From contig JAXHTI010000001.1 of assembly GCA_034190045.1 (NCBI GenBank), positions 2,658-66,657 of the forward strand: a stretch of DNA of 64,000 nt. Direction: 5' to 3'. This document shows, piece by piece, positions 21,729 through 35,503 of the stretch. A program made the translations under genes and the position numbers. Source of the stretch: Pseudomonadota bacterium. Its GTDB lineage: Bacteria; Pseudomonadota; Gammaproteobacteria; UBA6429; Thiohalophilaceae. Under the pieces are notes generated by a model. The model saw only the letters and a list, made by a program, of their open reading frames with translations, made no database searches and was not told where the DNA came from. Position 1 is the stretch's first letter; each line of letters starts with the position of its first letter.

Positions 21729-22667
21729 TCAGTTTTCTGATAATTGCCGGTTGATTTCAAAGGCGGTTTCCAGTGCGCGCAGGCCGTCGGCGCCGTTGAT
21801 AACGGGTCTGGCGTCGGTATTGATGGCCTGTAGAAAAGCACCGATTTCACTTAACAGGGCATCGCCCTGATCAAAGGCATGTTCTTCACTATCGATTTCG
21901 GCCACACCGGGATACATTTCGCCCTTGCCCTTGCGGTGAATGCCCAGTTGCTTGTTCTGAAAATCGATGGTGATGTAAGCGTCCGACTGGAAAATTCGCA
22001 TACGCCGTTCACTTTTCATGCTGATTCGGCTGGCCGTAACATTGGCGACACAGCCATTTTCAAATTCCAGACGCACATTGGCGACATCGATTTCGTCCGA
22101 GAGTACCGGCACGCCGCTGGCATGAATCGCTGTGACCGGCGAGCCAACAAAATCAAGAATGATATCGATATCATGAATCATCAGATCCAGAACGACGTTG
22201 ACATCGGCGCCACGCGGGTTAAAAGGCGCGATACGATGCGATTCGATAAACAGCGGTTCGACCAGCACATTTTCCAGCGCCATGACGGCCGGGTTAAAGC
22301 GTTCCAGATGGCCGATCTGAAATTTCAGATTATTGCGTTCGGCTATCTCCACCAGCTCGCGGCCCTGCTCCAGAGTGGAGGTGATCGGCTTTTCGAGCAG
22401 CACATGCACACCGTTGTCGAGAAACGTTTTCGCTACTTCGTAATGCTTCTGGGTAGGCACAACGATACTGACCGCATCCACCTTGCCAATCAGATCGTGA
22501 TAGTCATCGAATACGTCAACGCCGTGTTCACTGGCAATGGCCTGGGCGACATCACGACTGGTGTCACAGACACCGATCAGTTGCGAGGCGGGGAGCTGGG
22601 CGTATTTCTGGGCGTGGAATTTTCCGAGGTAACCGACACCTATGACGGCGGTTTTGAGTGTTGTCAT
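21729..22667 (-). CDS. gnnA: Gfo/Idh/MocA NAD-dependent oxidoreductase, GnnA-like
   Basis: AVIGVGYLGKFHA, HVLLEKP, GHLERFNPA, DLMIHDIDI; start MTTLK at 22667 (ORF open from 22793). Confidence 0.8.
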   Translation of the reverse strand: MTTLKTAVIGVGYLGKFHAQKYAQLPASQLIGVCDTSRDVAQAIASEHGVDVFDDYHDLIGKVDAVSIVVPTQKHYEVAKTFLDNGVHVLLEKPITSTLEQGRELVEIAERNNLKFQIGHLERFNPAVMALENVLVEPLFIESHRIAPFNPRGADVNVVLDLMIHDIDIILDFVGSPVTAIHASGVPVLSDEIDVANVRLEFENGCVANVTASRISMKSERRMRIFQSDAYITIDFQNKQLGIHRKGKGEMYPGVAEIDSEEHAFDQGDALLSEIGAFLQAINTDARPVINGADGLRALETAFEINRQLSEN

Positions 22668-22839
22668 TAAAAATAACTCTGTTGCGGTTGGCAGGTCAGC
22701 GGTTCGCGGTAAAATGACGCGGCGGACGAGGCCGGGCGGCGGCGAGCCGGAAATATAATTGACAATATTCGCATTTTTAACCAGTAAATTCAATTAGATA
22801 AGGCGTTATTTGCGCACCTGAACAAAGGAAAATCGGCCC

Positions 22840-23430
22840 TTGGACACAGATTGGACATTTACTCTGCAACAGGAACGACTGGCCGGGCTGGATGAGGTGG
22901 GGCGTGGTCCACTGGCCGGGCCGGTCGTGGCGGCGGCGGTCATTCTGGATCCGGCCAGACCGGTGGAGGGCTTGCTGGACTCCAAGCGGCTGAACGAATC
23001 GCGACGGGAACAGCTGGCGATCCAGATTCAGGAACAGGCCCTGGCCTGGGCCGTGGGGCGGGCCGAGGTGGAGGAAATCGACCGGCTCAATATCCTGCAG
23101 GCCAGTTTGCTGGCCATGCAGCGGGCCGCCGCCGCGCTCGACCCCACGCCGCTGGAGGCGCTGGTGGACGGCAATCGCTGTCCCGAACTGGCCTGCCCGA
23201 GCCGGGCGGTGATCAAAGGGGATGACTGCGTGCCGGCTATCATGGCCGCTTCGATCCTGGCCAAGGTGAGCCGGGATCGGGAAATGATCCTGCTGGGGGA
23301 ACAGTATCCCGGTTACGGACTGGAACAGCACAAGGGCTATCCGACCCGGGCCCATATTGCCGCCTTGCAGAGCCTGGGCGTCACCGAGATCCACCGCCGC
23401 AGCTTCGGGCCCGTGCGAAAACTTCTGTAA
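22840..23430 (+). CDS. rnhB: Ribonuclease HII
   Basis: [46 protein letters not shown]. Confidence 0.97.
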   Translation: MDTDWTFTLQQERLAGLDEVGRGPLAGPVVAAAVILDPARPVEGLLDSKRLNESRREQLAIQIQEQALAWAVGRAEVEEIDRLNILQASLLAMQRAAAALDPTPLEALVDGNRCPELACPSRAVIKGDDCVPAIMAASILAKVSRDREMILLGEQYPGYGLEQHKGYPTRAHIAALQSLGVTEIHRRSFGPVRKLL

Positions 23431-23589
23431 ACTAAGGTTGGCAGACAGCAGTCGGTGGATTGGGGCTGTTTTTCTCGTTCCTCATCATCAGGTCCTGGCG
23501 GCCTGAATATTTGTTTTCCTGTCACAAACCGGGTATAAAATTGATCCAGGCACAATAATCGATAAAACGGTTCGGGGCAGGAGAACGTG

Positions 23590-24159
23590 ATGTCGTCGTT
23601 ACCTTTGATTCTTCGATTGGATATCAATGGTCAGCCGGTTAACTGGGTTCCCTGGGAGGAGGCGGCCTGTCTCTATTCCCGGGGGCGGGTGGCCTGGACG
23701 GCCGGGGAACATATGTTCCAGTTGCACGGGGGACACAGCCGCCTGACCGGTGAACAGAGCCTGCTTGAAATCAATTCCATCATCGCTGTCCACGGCGAAA
23801 ACCGGGCGCTCAAACATCACACCACGCCGCCGTTGAGTAACCGGGAACTGTTCCGGCGGGATCGGCATACCTGCCTCTATTGCGGTCATGAATTTCGCGA
23901 TCTGCTGCTGACCCGGGACCACGTCAAGCCACTTTCGCGGGGCGGCCGCGATCACTGGCGCAATGTGGTCACGGCCTGCAAGCGCTGTAACGCCCGCAAG
24001 GGCAGCCGTTCACCGGAACAGGCCAACATGCCGTTACTTGCCATCCCCTATGTCCCCAATCTGGCCGAATACCTGGTATTGCGCAATCGCCGCATCCTGG
24101 CCGATCAGATGGAATTTCTGCGCGTCCAGTTCAAACAGATGGACCGCGACTGGATGTAG
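23590..24159 (+). CDS. HNH endonuclease family protein
   Basis: LFRRDRHTCLYCG, LTRDHVKPLSRGG, NVVTACKRCNARKG. Confidence 0.9.
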   Translation: MSSLPLILRLDINGQPVNWVPWEEAACLYSRGRVAWTAGEHMFQLHGGHSRLTGEQSLLEINSIIAVHGENRALKHHTTPPLSNRELFRRDRHTCLYCGHEFRDLLLTRDHVKPLSRGGRDHWRNVVTACKRCNARKGSRSPEQANMPLLAIPYVPNLAEYLVLRNRRILADQMEFLRVQFKQMDRDWM

Positions 24160-24182
24160 CCTCCCTCGAAGTGATCATTCTT

Positions 24183-24286
24183 AACCACCGAAGACACTGA
24201 AAACACCGAACTCACCGAAGATAATTGACCGGGTATTATAGACAGCCGGTTTCGGTGTATTCAGTGTTTTCGGTGTTTCAGTGGTT
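24183..24286. repeat. Periodic palindrome with 9-mer units (CACYGAANN)
   Basis: Four left units CACCGAAGA/CACTGAAAA/CACCGAACT/CACCGAAGA, mirrored by TTCGGTG/TTCAGTG units; ends AACCAC ... GTGGTT. Confidence 0.85.
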
Positions 24287-24416
24287 TCTCCCATAAGCTT
24301 CTCGATAGCCCCGTCTAACCCGCTTAAACAGGGGGCATGGCGATTGGGGGACAAAATTCGCAGCTGACGGGTGTCAAGTCTTGCACTCCTGACGAATTGA
24401 TCTGACACTTTGCGCC

Positions 24417-27400
24417 ATGGAGCCCTTCGTCCACCTTCACCTGCATACCGAGTACTCACTGGTCGATGGCCTGGTGCGCATCAAGCCGCTGGTCAGGGCC
24501 GCGGCCGAGGCGGGCATGCCCGCGGTGGCGATGACCGATCAGTGCAACCTGTTCGGCATGGTCAAGTTCTACAAGGCGGCCATCGCCGCCGGTATCAAGC
24601 CGATCATCGGCGTGGATACCTGGCTGCACAACGAGGACGATCCCAATCTGCCCAGCCGGCTGGTGTTGCTCTGCCAGGATAATACCGGTTATCGCAACCT
24701 GACCCGGCTGGTCTCCCGCAGCTATATCGAAGGCCAGCATCGCGGCCAGCCGACCCTGAGCCGGGAGTGGCTGGAAGGGGCCACCGAGGGATTGATCGCC
24801 CTGTCCGGCGGCCGCGAAGGGGATGTAGGCCAGGCGCTGCTCAATGGCAACCCCGCGCTGGCCAGGGAACGGCTGGCGCAATGGCAACGCCTGTTTCCGG
24901 ATCGCTATTACCTGGAGTTGCAACGCACCGGTCGCGAGGGCGAGGAAGATTATCTGCACGCCGCGGTGGAGCTGGCCGCCGCGCACGATGTGCCGGTTGT
25001 GGCGACCAACGATGTCCATTTTATCCATGCCGAGGACTTCGAGGCACACGAGGCGCGGGTCTGTATTCACGAGGGGCGGACCCTGGATGATCCGCGCCGG
25101 CCCAAACGCTTCAGTGAACAACAGTACCTGCGCACCCCGCAGGAGATGGCGGAGCTGTTCGACGACCTGCCCGAAGCGCTGGCCAACAGTGTCGAGATCG
25201 CCAAACGGTGCAATGTCGAACTGACCCTGGGCAAGAATTATCTGCCGGACTTCCCGGTGCCGGCCGGCATGACCATCGACGAGTTCCTGCGCGAGGAATC
25301 GCGCCGGGGACTGGAAGCCCGGCTCAACAAGTTCTTCGATACCAACGCGCCGGATTATGAAACCATTCGCCGCGAATATTACGACCGCCTGGAGATGGAA
25401 CTGGATGTGATCATCTCCATGGGTTTCCCCGGGTACTTTTTAATCGTCGCCGACTTCATTCGCTGGGCCAAGGAAAATGGCGTGCCGGTCGGCCCGGGGC
25501 GTGGTTCGGGTGCCGGCTCGCTGGTGGCCTATGCCCTGACCATCACCGATCTGGATCCGATCAAATACGATCTGCTGTTCGAACGTTTTCTCAATCCTGA
25601 GCGTGTCTCCATGCCCGACTTCGACGTGGATTTCTGCATGGAAGGCCGCGATAGGGTGATCGACTATGTCGCCGATCATTACGGGCGTGAAAAAGTCTCG
25701 CAGATCATCACCTACGGCACCATGGCGGCCAAGGCGGTGGTGCGCGACGTGGGCCGGGTCCTGGGGTATCCCTACGGTTATGTGGATCGTATCGCCAAGC
25801 TGATTCCGTTCGAAGTGGGCATGACGCTCGACAAGGCGCTGGAACAGGAAGAGCAACTGCAGGAGCTCTATGATCAGGACGAAGAGATTCGCGGCCTGAT
25901 CGATCTGGCCAAAAAACTCGAAGGCTGTTCCCGCAATGCCGGTAAACACGCCGGTGGCGTAGTCATCGCGCCTTCGCAATTGACCGACTTCACCCCATTA
26001 TATTGTGAGCAGGGTTCCGGCAGCATCGTCACCCAGTTCGACAAAGACGACGTGGAAGCGGTGGGGCTGGTCAAGTTCGACTTTCTCGGTCTGCGCACGT
26101 TGACCATCATCGACTGGGCAGTGCGCGCTATCAATCAGGACAAGGCGGCCAAAGGCGAGGCGCCGGTCGATATCATCTCCATCCCGCTGGATGATGAAAA
26201 AACTTTCGAGCTGCTCAAAGCCAACCAGACCACTGCCGTGTTTCAGCTTGAATCCCGCGGCATGAAGGATTTGATCAAGCGCCTGCAACCGGACAGCTTC
26301 GAGGAGATCATCGCCCTGGTGGCGTTGTTCCGGCCCGGGCCGTTGCAGTCGGGCATGGTGGATGACTTCATCAACGTCAAGCACAAGCGCAAACAACCGG
26401 AGTATCCGCATCCGGATATCGTCTCGATTCTGGAGCCGACCTACGGCGTTATCCTGTACCAGGAGCAGGTCATGCAGATTGCCCAGGTGCTGGCCGGCTA
26501 CACGCTGGGCGGCGCGGATCTGTTACGCCGTGCCATGGGCAAGAAAAAACCCGAAGAGATGGCCAAGCAGCGCGACATCTTCACCAAAGGCGCGCTGGAG
26601 CGGGGCGTCGAGGAGAAGACGGCGACCTATATCTTCGACTTGATGGAGAAGTTCGCCGGTTACGGCTTTAACAAATCCCACTCGGCTGCCTATGCCCTGG
26701 TTTCTTACCAGACCGCGTGGCTCAAGGCCCATTATCCGGCGCCGTTCATGGCCGCGGTATTGTCCGCGGACATGGACAACACCGACAAGGTGGTGACGCT
26801 GATCGACGAATGCAGCGACATGCAACTGACCGTGCTGCCGCCGGATATCAATCAGTGCGAATACCGTTTTACCGCCCAGGATGAACAGACCGTGGTCTAT
26901 GGGCTGGGCGCGATTAAAGGCGTCGGTGGCTCGGCCATCGACAGCATGATCGAGGAGCGCAACGCCAACGGGACTTTCGCCGATTTGTTCGATTTCACCC
27001 GCCGTATCGATACCCGCAAGGTCAATCGACGTACGCTGGAGGCCTTGATCATGGCCGGGGCGCTGGATGTATTCGGTGAGAACCGCGCCACGCTGATGGC
27101 CTCCCTGCCGGCGGCGCTCAAGGTGGCCGAACAGCACACTCGCGACCAGGCTGTCGGGATGCAGGATCTGTTCGGCATGGGCGCGGCGGTCGAAGCGGAC
27201 AGCAGCCCGGTGGCCTATCATCGCCAGCCGGAATGGAGCGAGGACGAACGGCTGGCGGCGGAGAAGCAGACCCTGGGCCTGTACCTGACCGGGCACCCCA
27301 TCGAACGTTATCTGGAAGAGTTGAGCGGTTTTGTTTCCGCGCGCATCGTCGATCTCAAACCGACCCGCGATCAGACCGTGGTGGTGGCCGGCCTGATCAT

Positions 27401-27878
27401 CGCCATGCGGACCATGAATACCCGCCGCGGCGATCGCATGGCTTTTATCACCATTGACGATCGCAGCGCCCGCATCGAACTGGCCGTGTTCAGCGAGCCG
27501 TTCCAGCGCTACCGGGATCTGCTTTCCAAGGACAAGCTGATCGTGGTGGAAGGGGAGGTCAGCATCGACGAGTACAGCGGCGGTTACAAGATGAGCGCGC
27601 GCAGCATCTACGACATCAACCAGGCGCGCGAACACTTTGCCCGCAAACTGCTGATCAGCGTCGATCACCACAAAGCCGGCAACGGCTTCGTTAACGAACT
27701 GCAGCATACCCTGTCGCCGTTTCGCGAAGGCTTCTGTCCCGTGATCATCGACTACCACCGCGACGACGCCCGCGCCCAGATCGCGCTGGGCGAGACCTGG
27801 CGCGTCCATCCCACCGACGAACTGCTGCACCGCCTGCGCGACAGCCTCGGCGACGAGCACGTCAAAGTCATCTACTAG
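24417..27878 (+). CDS. dnaE: DNA polymerase III alpha subunit
   Basis: PHP domain [54 protein letters not shown]. Confidence 0.98.
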   Translation: MEPFVHLHLHTEYSLVDGLVRIKPLVRAAAEAGMPAVAMTDQCNLFGMVKFYKAAIAAGIKPIIGVDTWLHNEDDPNLPSRLVLLCQDNTGYRNLTRLVSRSYIEGQHRGQPTLSREWLEGATEGLIALSGGREGDVGQALLNGNPALARERLAQWQRLFPDRYYLELQRTGREGEEDYLHAAVELAAAHDVPVVATNDVHFIHAEDFEAHEARVCIHEGRTLDDPRRPKRFSEQQYLRTPQEMAELFDDLPEALANSVEIAKRCNVELTLGKNYLPDFPVPAGMTIDEFLREESRRGLEARLNKFFDTNAPDYETIRREYYDRLEMELDVIISMGFPGYFLIVADFIRWAKENGVPVGPGRGSGAGSLVAYALTITDLDPIKYDLLFERFLNPERVSMPDFDVDFCMEGRDRVIDYVADHYGREKVSQIITYGTMAAKAVVRDVGRVLGYPYGYVDRIAKLIPFEVGMTLDKALEQEEQLQELYDQDEEIRGLIDLAKKLEGCSRNAGKHAGGVVIAPSQLTDFTPLYCEQGSGSIVTQFDKDDVEAVGLVKFDFLGLRTLTIIDWAVRAINQDKAAKGEAPVDIISIPLDDEKTFELLKANQTTAVFQLESRGMKDLIKRLQPDSFEEIIALVALFRPGPLQSGMVDDFINVKHKRKQPEYPHPDIVSILEPTYGVILYQEQVMQIAQVLAGYTLGGADLLRRAMGKKKPEEMAKQRDIFTKGALERGVEEKTATYIFDLMEKFAGYGFNKSHSAAYALVSYQTAWLKAHYPAPFMAAVLSADMDNTDKVVTLIDECSDMQLTVLPPDINQCEYRFTAQDEQTVVYGLGAIKGVGGSAIDSMIEERNANGTFADLFDFTRRIDTRKVNRRTLEALIMAGALDVFGENRATLMASLPAALKVAEQHTRDQAVGMQDLFGMGAAVEADSSPVAYHRQPEWSEDERLAAEKQTLGLYLTGHPIERYLEELSGFVSARIVDLKPTRDQTVVVAGLIIAMRTMNTRRGDRMAFITIDDRSARIELAVFSEPFQRYRDLLSKDKLIVVEGEVSIDEYSGGYKMSARSIYDINQAREHFARKLLISVDHHKAGNGFVNELQHTLSPFREGFCPVIIDYHRDDARAQIALGETWRVHPTDELLHRLRDSLGDEHVKVIY

Positions 27879-27895
27879 TGGGGCTTCTGGAAACT

Positions 27896-28113
27896 AAACG
27901 CAGAGGCCGCGGAGGCGCGGAGACGCGGAGGAAAACAATGATTATTAAGTTCTGCTTATGGCAGTTGTCTGTCGCATAGCAGGAGCATCTGCGCATTCAA
28001 CCTGGCTTGTTGGTTGTCCTTATGATGAAGACCTTTCCCTGTCTAAGGTCGGATGAACATATACTTACACAATCATTTCTCCGCGCCTCTGCGACTCCGC
28101 GTCCTCCGCGTTT
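27896..28113. repeat. Periodic palindrome with 9-mer CGCRGAGNN arms around a ~150-bp spacer
   Basis: Left arm AAACGCAGAGGCCGCGGAGGCGCGGAGACGCGGAGG (27896-27931); right arm CTCCGCGCCTCTGCGACTCCGCGTCCTCCGCGTTT (28079-28113). Confidence 0.85.
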
Positions 28114-28232
28114 TATCCCAGTACCCCAGGCTGATGAAAACGGGACCCGGGTCGCGGTTCGGGTGTATACAGGCGGCCGGATTCGCTATACTATTCAGTC
28201 AATTAGCGCCAATCTGACCCGATGACACCATT

Positions 28233-29189
28233 ATGAATCTGAATTTTCTCGATTTCGAACAGCCCATCGCCGAACTGGAAGCCAAGATCGAGGAGTTGCG
28301 CTATGTCGGCTCCGATAACGAGATCAATATCGGCGAGGAGATCCAGCGCCTGCAGAACAAGAGCCACGATCTGACCGAGTCCATTTTCGCCAATCTCAAG
28401 GCGGCCCAGGTGGCCCAGCTGGCGCGCCATCCCCAGCGTCCCTATTTTCTCGACTACGTCGAGCAGATTTTCACCGATTTCGAGGAACTGCACGGCGATC
28501 GCGCCTTTGCCGATGACAATGCCATCGTCGGCGGCGTGGCCCGGCTGGACGGACGCCCCCTGATGCTGATCGGTCAGCAGAAGGGCCGCGATACCAAGGA
28601 AAAGCTGCGGCGTAATTTCGGCATGCCGCGCCCCGAGGGCTATCGCAAGGCGCTGCGCCTGATGCACATGGCCGAGCGCTTCAAGCTGCCGGTGCTGACC
28701 TTCATCGACACCCCGGGCGCCTATCCGGGCGTAGGGGCGGAGGAACGGGGCCAGAGCGAGGCCATCGCCCGCAACCTGTTCGAAATGTCGGCCCTCAAGA
28801 CCCCGATCATCACCACCGTCATCGGCGAGGGCGGCTCCGGCGGGGCGCTGGCCATCGGCGTCGGCGACCGGCTGATGATGCTCCAGTACAGCACCTACTC
28901 GGTCATTTCCCCCGAAGGCTGCGCCTCGATCCTCTGGAAAAGTTCCGACAAGGCGGCCGAGGCGGCCGAAGCCATGGGTCTGACCGCCCCGCGCCTCAAG
29001 GAGCTGGGGCTGATCGACCATGTCATCGGCGAGCCGCTGGGCGGCGCCCATCGGGATCCCGAAATGATGGCTGTCAACCTGCGCCAGGCCCTGCTGGAAA
29101 GCCTGGAAATGGTCGATGCCACGCCGCTGGACAAGCTGCTGGAACAGCGTTACACCAAACTCATTCGTTACGGGAATTACGCGGAGTAA
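28233..29189 (+). CDS. accA: Acetyl-CoA carboxylase carboxyltransferase alpha
   Basis: [42 protein letters not shown]. Confidence 0.98.
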   Translation: MNLNFLDFEQPIAELEAKIEELRYVGSDNEINIGEEIQRLQNKSHDLTESIFANLKAAQVAQLARHPQRPYFLDYVEQIFTDFEELHGDRAFADDNAIVGGVARLDGRPLMLIGQQKGRDTKEKLRRNFGMPRPEGYRKALRLMHMAERFKLPVLTFIDTPGAYPGVGAEERGQSEAIARNLFEMSALKTPIITTVIGEGGSGGALAIGVGDRLMMLQYSTYSVISPEGCASILWKSSDKAAEAAEAMGLTAPRLKELGLIDHVIGEPLGGAHRDPEMMAVNLRQALLESLEMVDATPLDKLLEQRYTKLIRYGNYAE

Positions 29190-29211
29190 TTCCCGACACG
29201 CCTTCCCCGAC

Positions 29212-30558
29212 ATGAATTCACTTGCGGCGCATTTGCTCGACCAGCTGACGCAAATGCCGGCTGCGTCGCGCTACCGCGTGGCCTACAGCGGCGGTTGCGA
29301 CTCCCATGTCCTGTTACAGGCCCTGGCCGGGCTGCGCGAGCAACTGGCCGCCCCCCTCGAAGCCATCCATATCAACCACCGCTTGTCCGATCAGGCCGAT
29401 GACTGGGCCGAACATTGCCGCCGGATCTGCGCGGCACTGGAACTCCCGCTGGCGGAAGTCACCGTGCACGCTCATCCCCGGCTCGGCGAGAGCCCCGAGG
29501 CAGCGGCCCGCGAGGCTCGCTACAACGCCTGGCGGGAGTTGCTGCAGGCCGGGGAGGGCTTGCTGCTGGCCCAGCACCAGGACGACCAGGCCGAGACGCT
29601 GCTGCTGCAGTTACTGCGCGGCAGCGGCCCCAAAGGGCTGGCGGCGATGCCGCCGGTTATCGACTTTGCCGCCGGCTGGCTGGGACGGCCGCTGCTGGGG
29701 CAGAGTCGGGCGGCCCTGCGCCGCTATGCCCGGGAACAGGGGCTGGAGTGGATCGAGGACCCCTCCAATTTCGACACCGACCTGGATCGCAATTACCTGC
29801 GCCACGAGCTGCTGCCGGTCCTGCAGGCCCGCTGGCCGTCGGCCTCGCTAACCCTGAGCCGGGCCGCCCGGCATCAGGCCGAGGCCGGCCAGTTACTGGA
29901 GGAGCTGGCGGCGCAGGATTACATCCTCTGCCAGAGCGAGCACGCCGAATGCCTGCGCCTGGCGCCGTTACAGGCGCTGAGCCCGGCCCGCCAGCGCAAC
30001 CTGCTGCGTTACTGGCTGGCCAGCGTGCGGCAACTGCCGCTGCCGGACAGCACGCATCTGAACCGGATTCTGGATGAAGTGCTTTACGCTGCGCCCGATG
30101 CCCAGCCCCAGGTCGCCTGGACCGGCGCGCAAGTGCGCCGCTACGCTAGTGAACTGTACGCCCTGTCGACCCGTCCGGCGCCGGACTGCGGCGACGCCGG
30201 CTGGCATGACTGGGATCCGCTGCGTCAACCCCGCCTGACCCTGGCTGGACGGGTGCTGGAGGCGGAACCGGCTGTGGGGCAGGGGCTCTCGCGCCAGCAG
30301 GTCGAGGCCCATGGCCTGCAGGTCGGTTTTCGCCAGGGCGGGGAATGGTGTCGCCCGGCCGGACGTGGCCATCGGCATGAATTGAAAAAACTGTTGCAGG
30401 AGTGGCGGGTACCTCCCTGGCAACGGGCCGAGATTCCATTGATCCGTATCGACGAGGAGATTGCCCAGGTGGTGGATTACTGTCTTTGTGAGCCGTATAT
30501 TGCCGCCGAGGATGAGCCGGGTCTGCTCATCACATTACGGGATACAGCAGGAATTTAA
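29212..30558 (+). CDS. tilS: tRNA(Ile)-lysidine synthetase
   Basis: VAYSGGCDSHVLL, AQHQDDQAET, WIEDPSN, RNYLRH, LKKLLQEWRVPPWQR. Confidence 0.95.
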   Translation: MNSLAAHLLDQLTQMPAASRYRVAYSGGCDSHVLLQALAGLREQLAAPLEAIHINHRLSDQADDWAEHCRRICAALELPLAEVTVHAHPRLGESPEAAAREARYNAWRELLQAGEGLLLAQHQDDQAETLLLQLLRGSGPKGLAAMPPVIDFAAGWLGRPLLGQSRAALRRYAREQGLEWIEDPSNFDTDLDRNYLRHELLPVLQARWPSASLTLSRAARHQAEAGQLLEELAAQDYILCQSEHAECLRLAPLQALSPARQRNLLRYWLASVRQLPLPDSTHLNRILDEVLYAAPDAQPQVAWTGAQVRRYASELYALSTRPAPDCGDAGWHDWDPLRQPRLTLAGRVLEAEPAVGQGLSRQQVEAHGLQVGFRQGGEWCRPAGRGHRHELKKLLQEWRVPPWQRAEIPLIRIDEEIAQVVDYCLCEPYIAAEDEPGLLITLRDTAGI

Positions 30559-30602
30559 CGCGCTGTAAAGATTGAATCGATCACCGAAAACAACGACAAT
30601 AA

Positions 30603-33726
<3,124 letters not shown>

Positions 33727-33761
33727 ACTGGGAGGTAATCCCACGGAGATAGCCGCACGGC

Positions 33762-34067
33762 ATGCGCATACTGGTCGCCATACTGCTGATACTGTTTGTG
33801 CTACTGCAATATGATTTGTGGGTCGGTGACGGCAGCCTGGCGACCGTGTGGCATCTCAAACAGGAGATCAAAAAGCAGGAAGCGGAAAACCGGCAACTGC
33901 GCGAGCGCAATCGCGCGCTGGAAGCCGAAGTTCAGGATCTCAAGCAAGGTCTCGAAGCCCTGGAAGAACGCGCCCGCGATGAACTGGGTATGATCAAAGA
34001 AGGGGAGACCTTTATTCAGATCATTGAAGAAGAAGAGAAGCAGGCAGATGGCAGTAGGCAGAAGTAG
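33762..34067 (+). CDS. ftsB: Cell division protein FtsB
   Basis: N-terminal TM, coiled coil, EERARDELGMIKEGETF; position after eno. Confidence 0.93.
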   Translation: MRILVAILLILFVLLQYDLWVGDGSLATVWHLKQEIKKQEAENRQLRERNRALEAEVQDLKQGLEALEERARDELGMIKEGETFIQIIEEEEKQADGSRQK

Positions 34068-34149
34068 GCCGAATCAAGCGAAGCGGATCCGGCACTGCGA
34101 CTGACACAGACAATCATCCAGAATGGATTAATAATAAAATCAAACCCCA

Positions 34150-34878
34150 ATGACCCCGTCCCATGATACTCGTCACGCCTCCCCGCGTTACTGGGCGGTG
34201 ATTCCCGCCGCTGGCATCGGCAAGCGCATGGGCAGCGAGATTCCCAAGCAGTACCTGGAATTGCATGGCCGGGCAGTGATTCTGCATACCCTCGATCGGT
34301 TGCTCGGGCATCCTTCGGTCAGCAGAGCCGTGGTGGCCCTGTCGCGACACGATGGCTGGTGGGAGCACCTGGATACACACTATGACAAACCGGTACAACG
34401 GGTTGAAGGGGGCGTGGAGCGGTGTCATTCGGTATTGAATGCTCTGCACGAGCTTTCTCTGCATGCTGATGATACGGACTGGGTGCTGGTGCACGATGCG
34501 GCACGTCCATGTGTGACGTATGACGATCTCGATAAGCTAATGAGCTCGCTGGCACAGGATGAGGTAGGCGGGCTACTGGCCGTGCCGGTGCGCGATACCA
34601 TGAAACGGGCCGAACCGGACGGCCATGTGATCGACACGGTGGAGCGGGAACATCTCTGGCACGCTCTGACGCCACAGATGTTCCGCCTGGGACAACTGCG
34701 CCATGCCCTCGAGCAGGCACTTGAAGCCGAACAGCTGGTCACCGATGAGGCCTCGGCCATGGAGTATGCGGGCTATCAGCCTTTGCTGGTCGAAGGCCGG
34801 GCTAGCAATATCAAGATCACCCGCGCCGGGGACCTGGAATTGGCCGAATTCTATCTGCAACAGACGGAGGGGCTTTGA
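34150..34878 (+). CDS. ispD: 2-C-methyl-D-erythritol 4-phosphate cytidylyltransferase
   Basis: PAAGIGKRM, PKQYL, LVHDAARPC, TPQMF, NIKIT. Confidence 0.97.
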   Translation: MTPSHDTRHASPRYWAVIPAAGIGKRMGSEIPKQYLELHGRAVILHTLDRLLGHPSVSRAVVALSRHDGWWEHLDTHYDKPVQRVEGGVERCHSVLNALHELSLHADDTDWVLVHDAARPCVTYDDLDKLMSSLAQDEVGGLLAVPVRDTMKRAEPDGHVIDTVEREHLWHALTPQMFRLGQLRHALEQALEAEQLVTDEASAMEYAGYQPLLVEGRASNIKITRAGDLELAEFYLQQTEGL

Positions 34879-35354
34879 TGCGTATCGGGCAGGGGTTTGA
34901 TGCACACCGTTTCAAACCGGACGGTCGGTTGGTACTCGGTGGCGTCGAGATTCCCCACGATCAGGGCATGGCGGCCCATTCCGATGGCGATGTTGCGATT
35001 CATGCGCTGTGCGATGCACTGCTCGGCGCCCTGGCGCTGGGCGATATCGGCCAGCACTTTCCCGATAGTGACGCGGAATTTGCCGGTATCGACAGTCGGA
35101 TTTTATTGCGCAAGGTGATGACTCTGCTTGGCGAACGTCATTATAAGGTGCATAACATCGATCTCACCCTGATCGCTCAGCAGCCGAAACTGTCACCGTA
35201 TATCCAGGACATGCGTGCAATACTGGCCACTGATCTACAGACCGACATCGACAACGTCAGTATCAAGGCGACCACCACCGAAAAAATGGGCTTCACCGGC
35301 CGCGGCGAAGGCATCGCCGCCATGGCCAGTGTACTGCTTTCACCAATAAAATGA
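34878..35354 (+). CDS. ispF: MECDP synthase
   Basis: RIGQGFDAH, HSDGDVAIHALCDALLGA, KATTTEKMGFTGRGEG. Confidence 0.97.
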   Translation: MRIGQGFDAHRFKPDGRLVLGGVEIPHDQGMAAHSDGDVAIHALCDALLGALALGDIGQHFPDSDAEFAGIDSRILLRKVMTLLGERHYKVHNIDLTLIAQQPKLSPYIQDMRAILATDLQTDIDNVSIKATTTEKMGFTGRGEGIAAMASVLLSPIK

Positions 35355-35385
35355 TTTCTGATGCAAAACTGAAAATATTATTAGG

Positions 35386-35468
35386 TCCGCGAATAAACGC
35401 GAATAGACGCAAATAAAAAATTATGGTTACGAAATACCAATTTGCGTCCATTCGCGCTCATTTGCGGA
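35386..35468. repeat. Periodic palindrome with 10-mer units (CGCRAAT)
   Basis: TCCGCGAATAAACGCGAATAGACGCAAAT ... ATTTGCGTCCATTCGCGCTCATTTGCGGA. Confidence 0.85.
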
Positions 35469-35503
35469 TGATTCTCTCTTTCTGAATTAAAGCTGCTTTC
35501 TCA

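Noticed and set aside
19325-22839. Invertible, phase-variable lpxB switch
   Set aside because: No inverted copy of the left-junction repeat at the right junction and no invertase nearby
23590-24159. HNH gene as IscB/Cas9-like RNA-guided nuclease
   Set aside because: Only 189 aa, with no RuvC segments, bridge helix or adjacent omega-RNA-like region
26523-27860. 445-aa minus-strand ORF (and similar long antisense ORFs at 30555-32246, 36969-38138, 6577-7437, 28203-29213, 56559-57509)
   Set aside because: They lie entirely opposite well-supported genes, have no recognisable motifs, and are expected shadows of GC-rich codon usage
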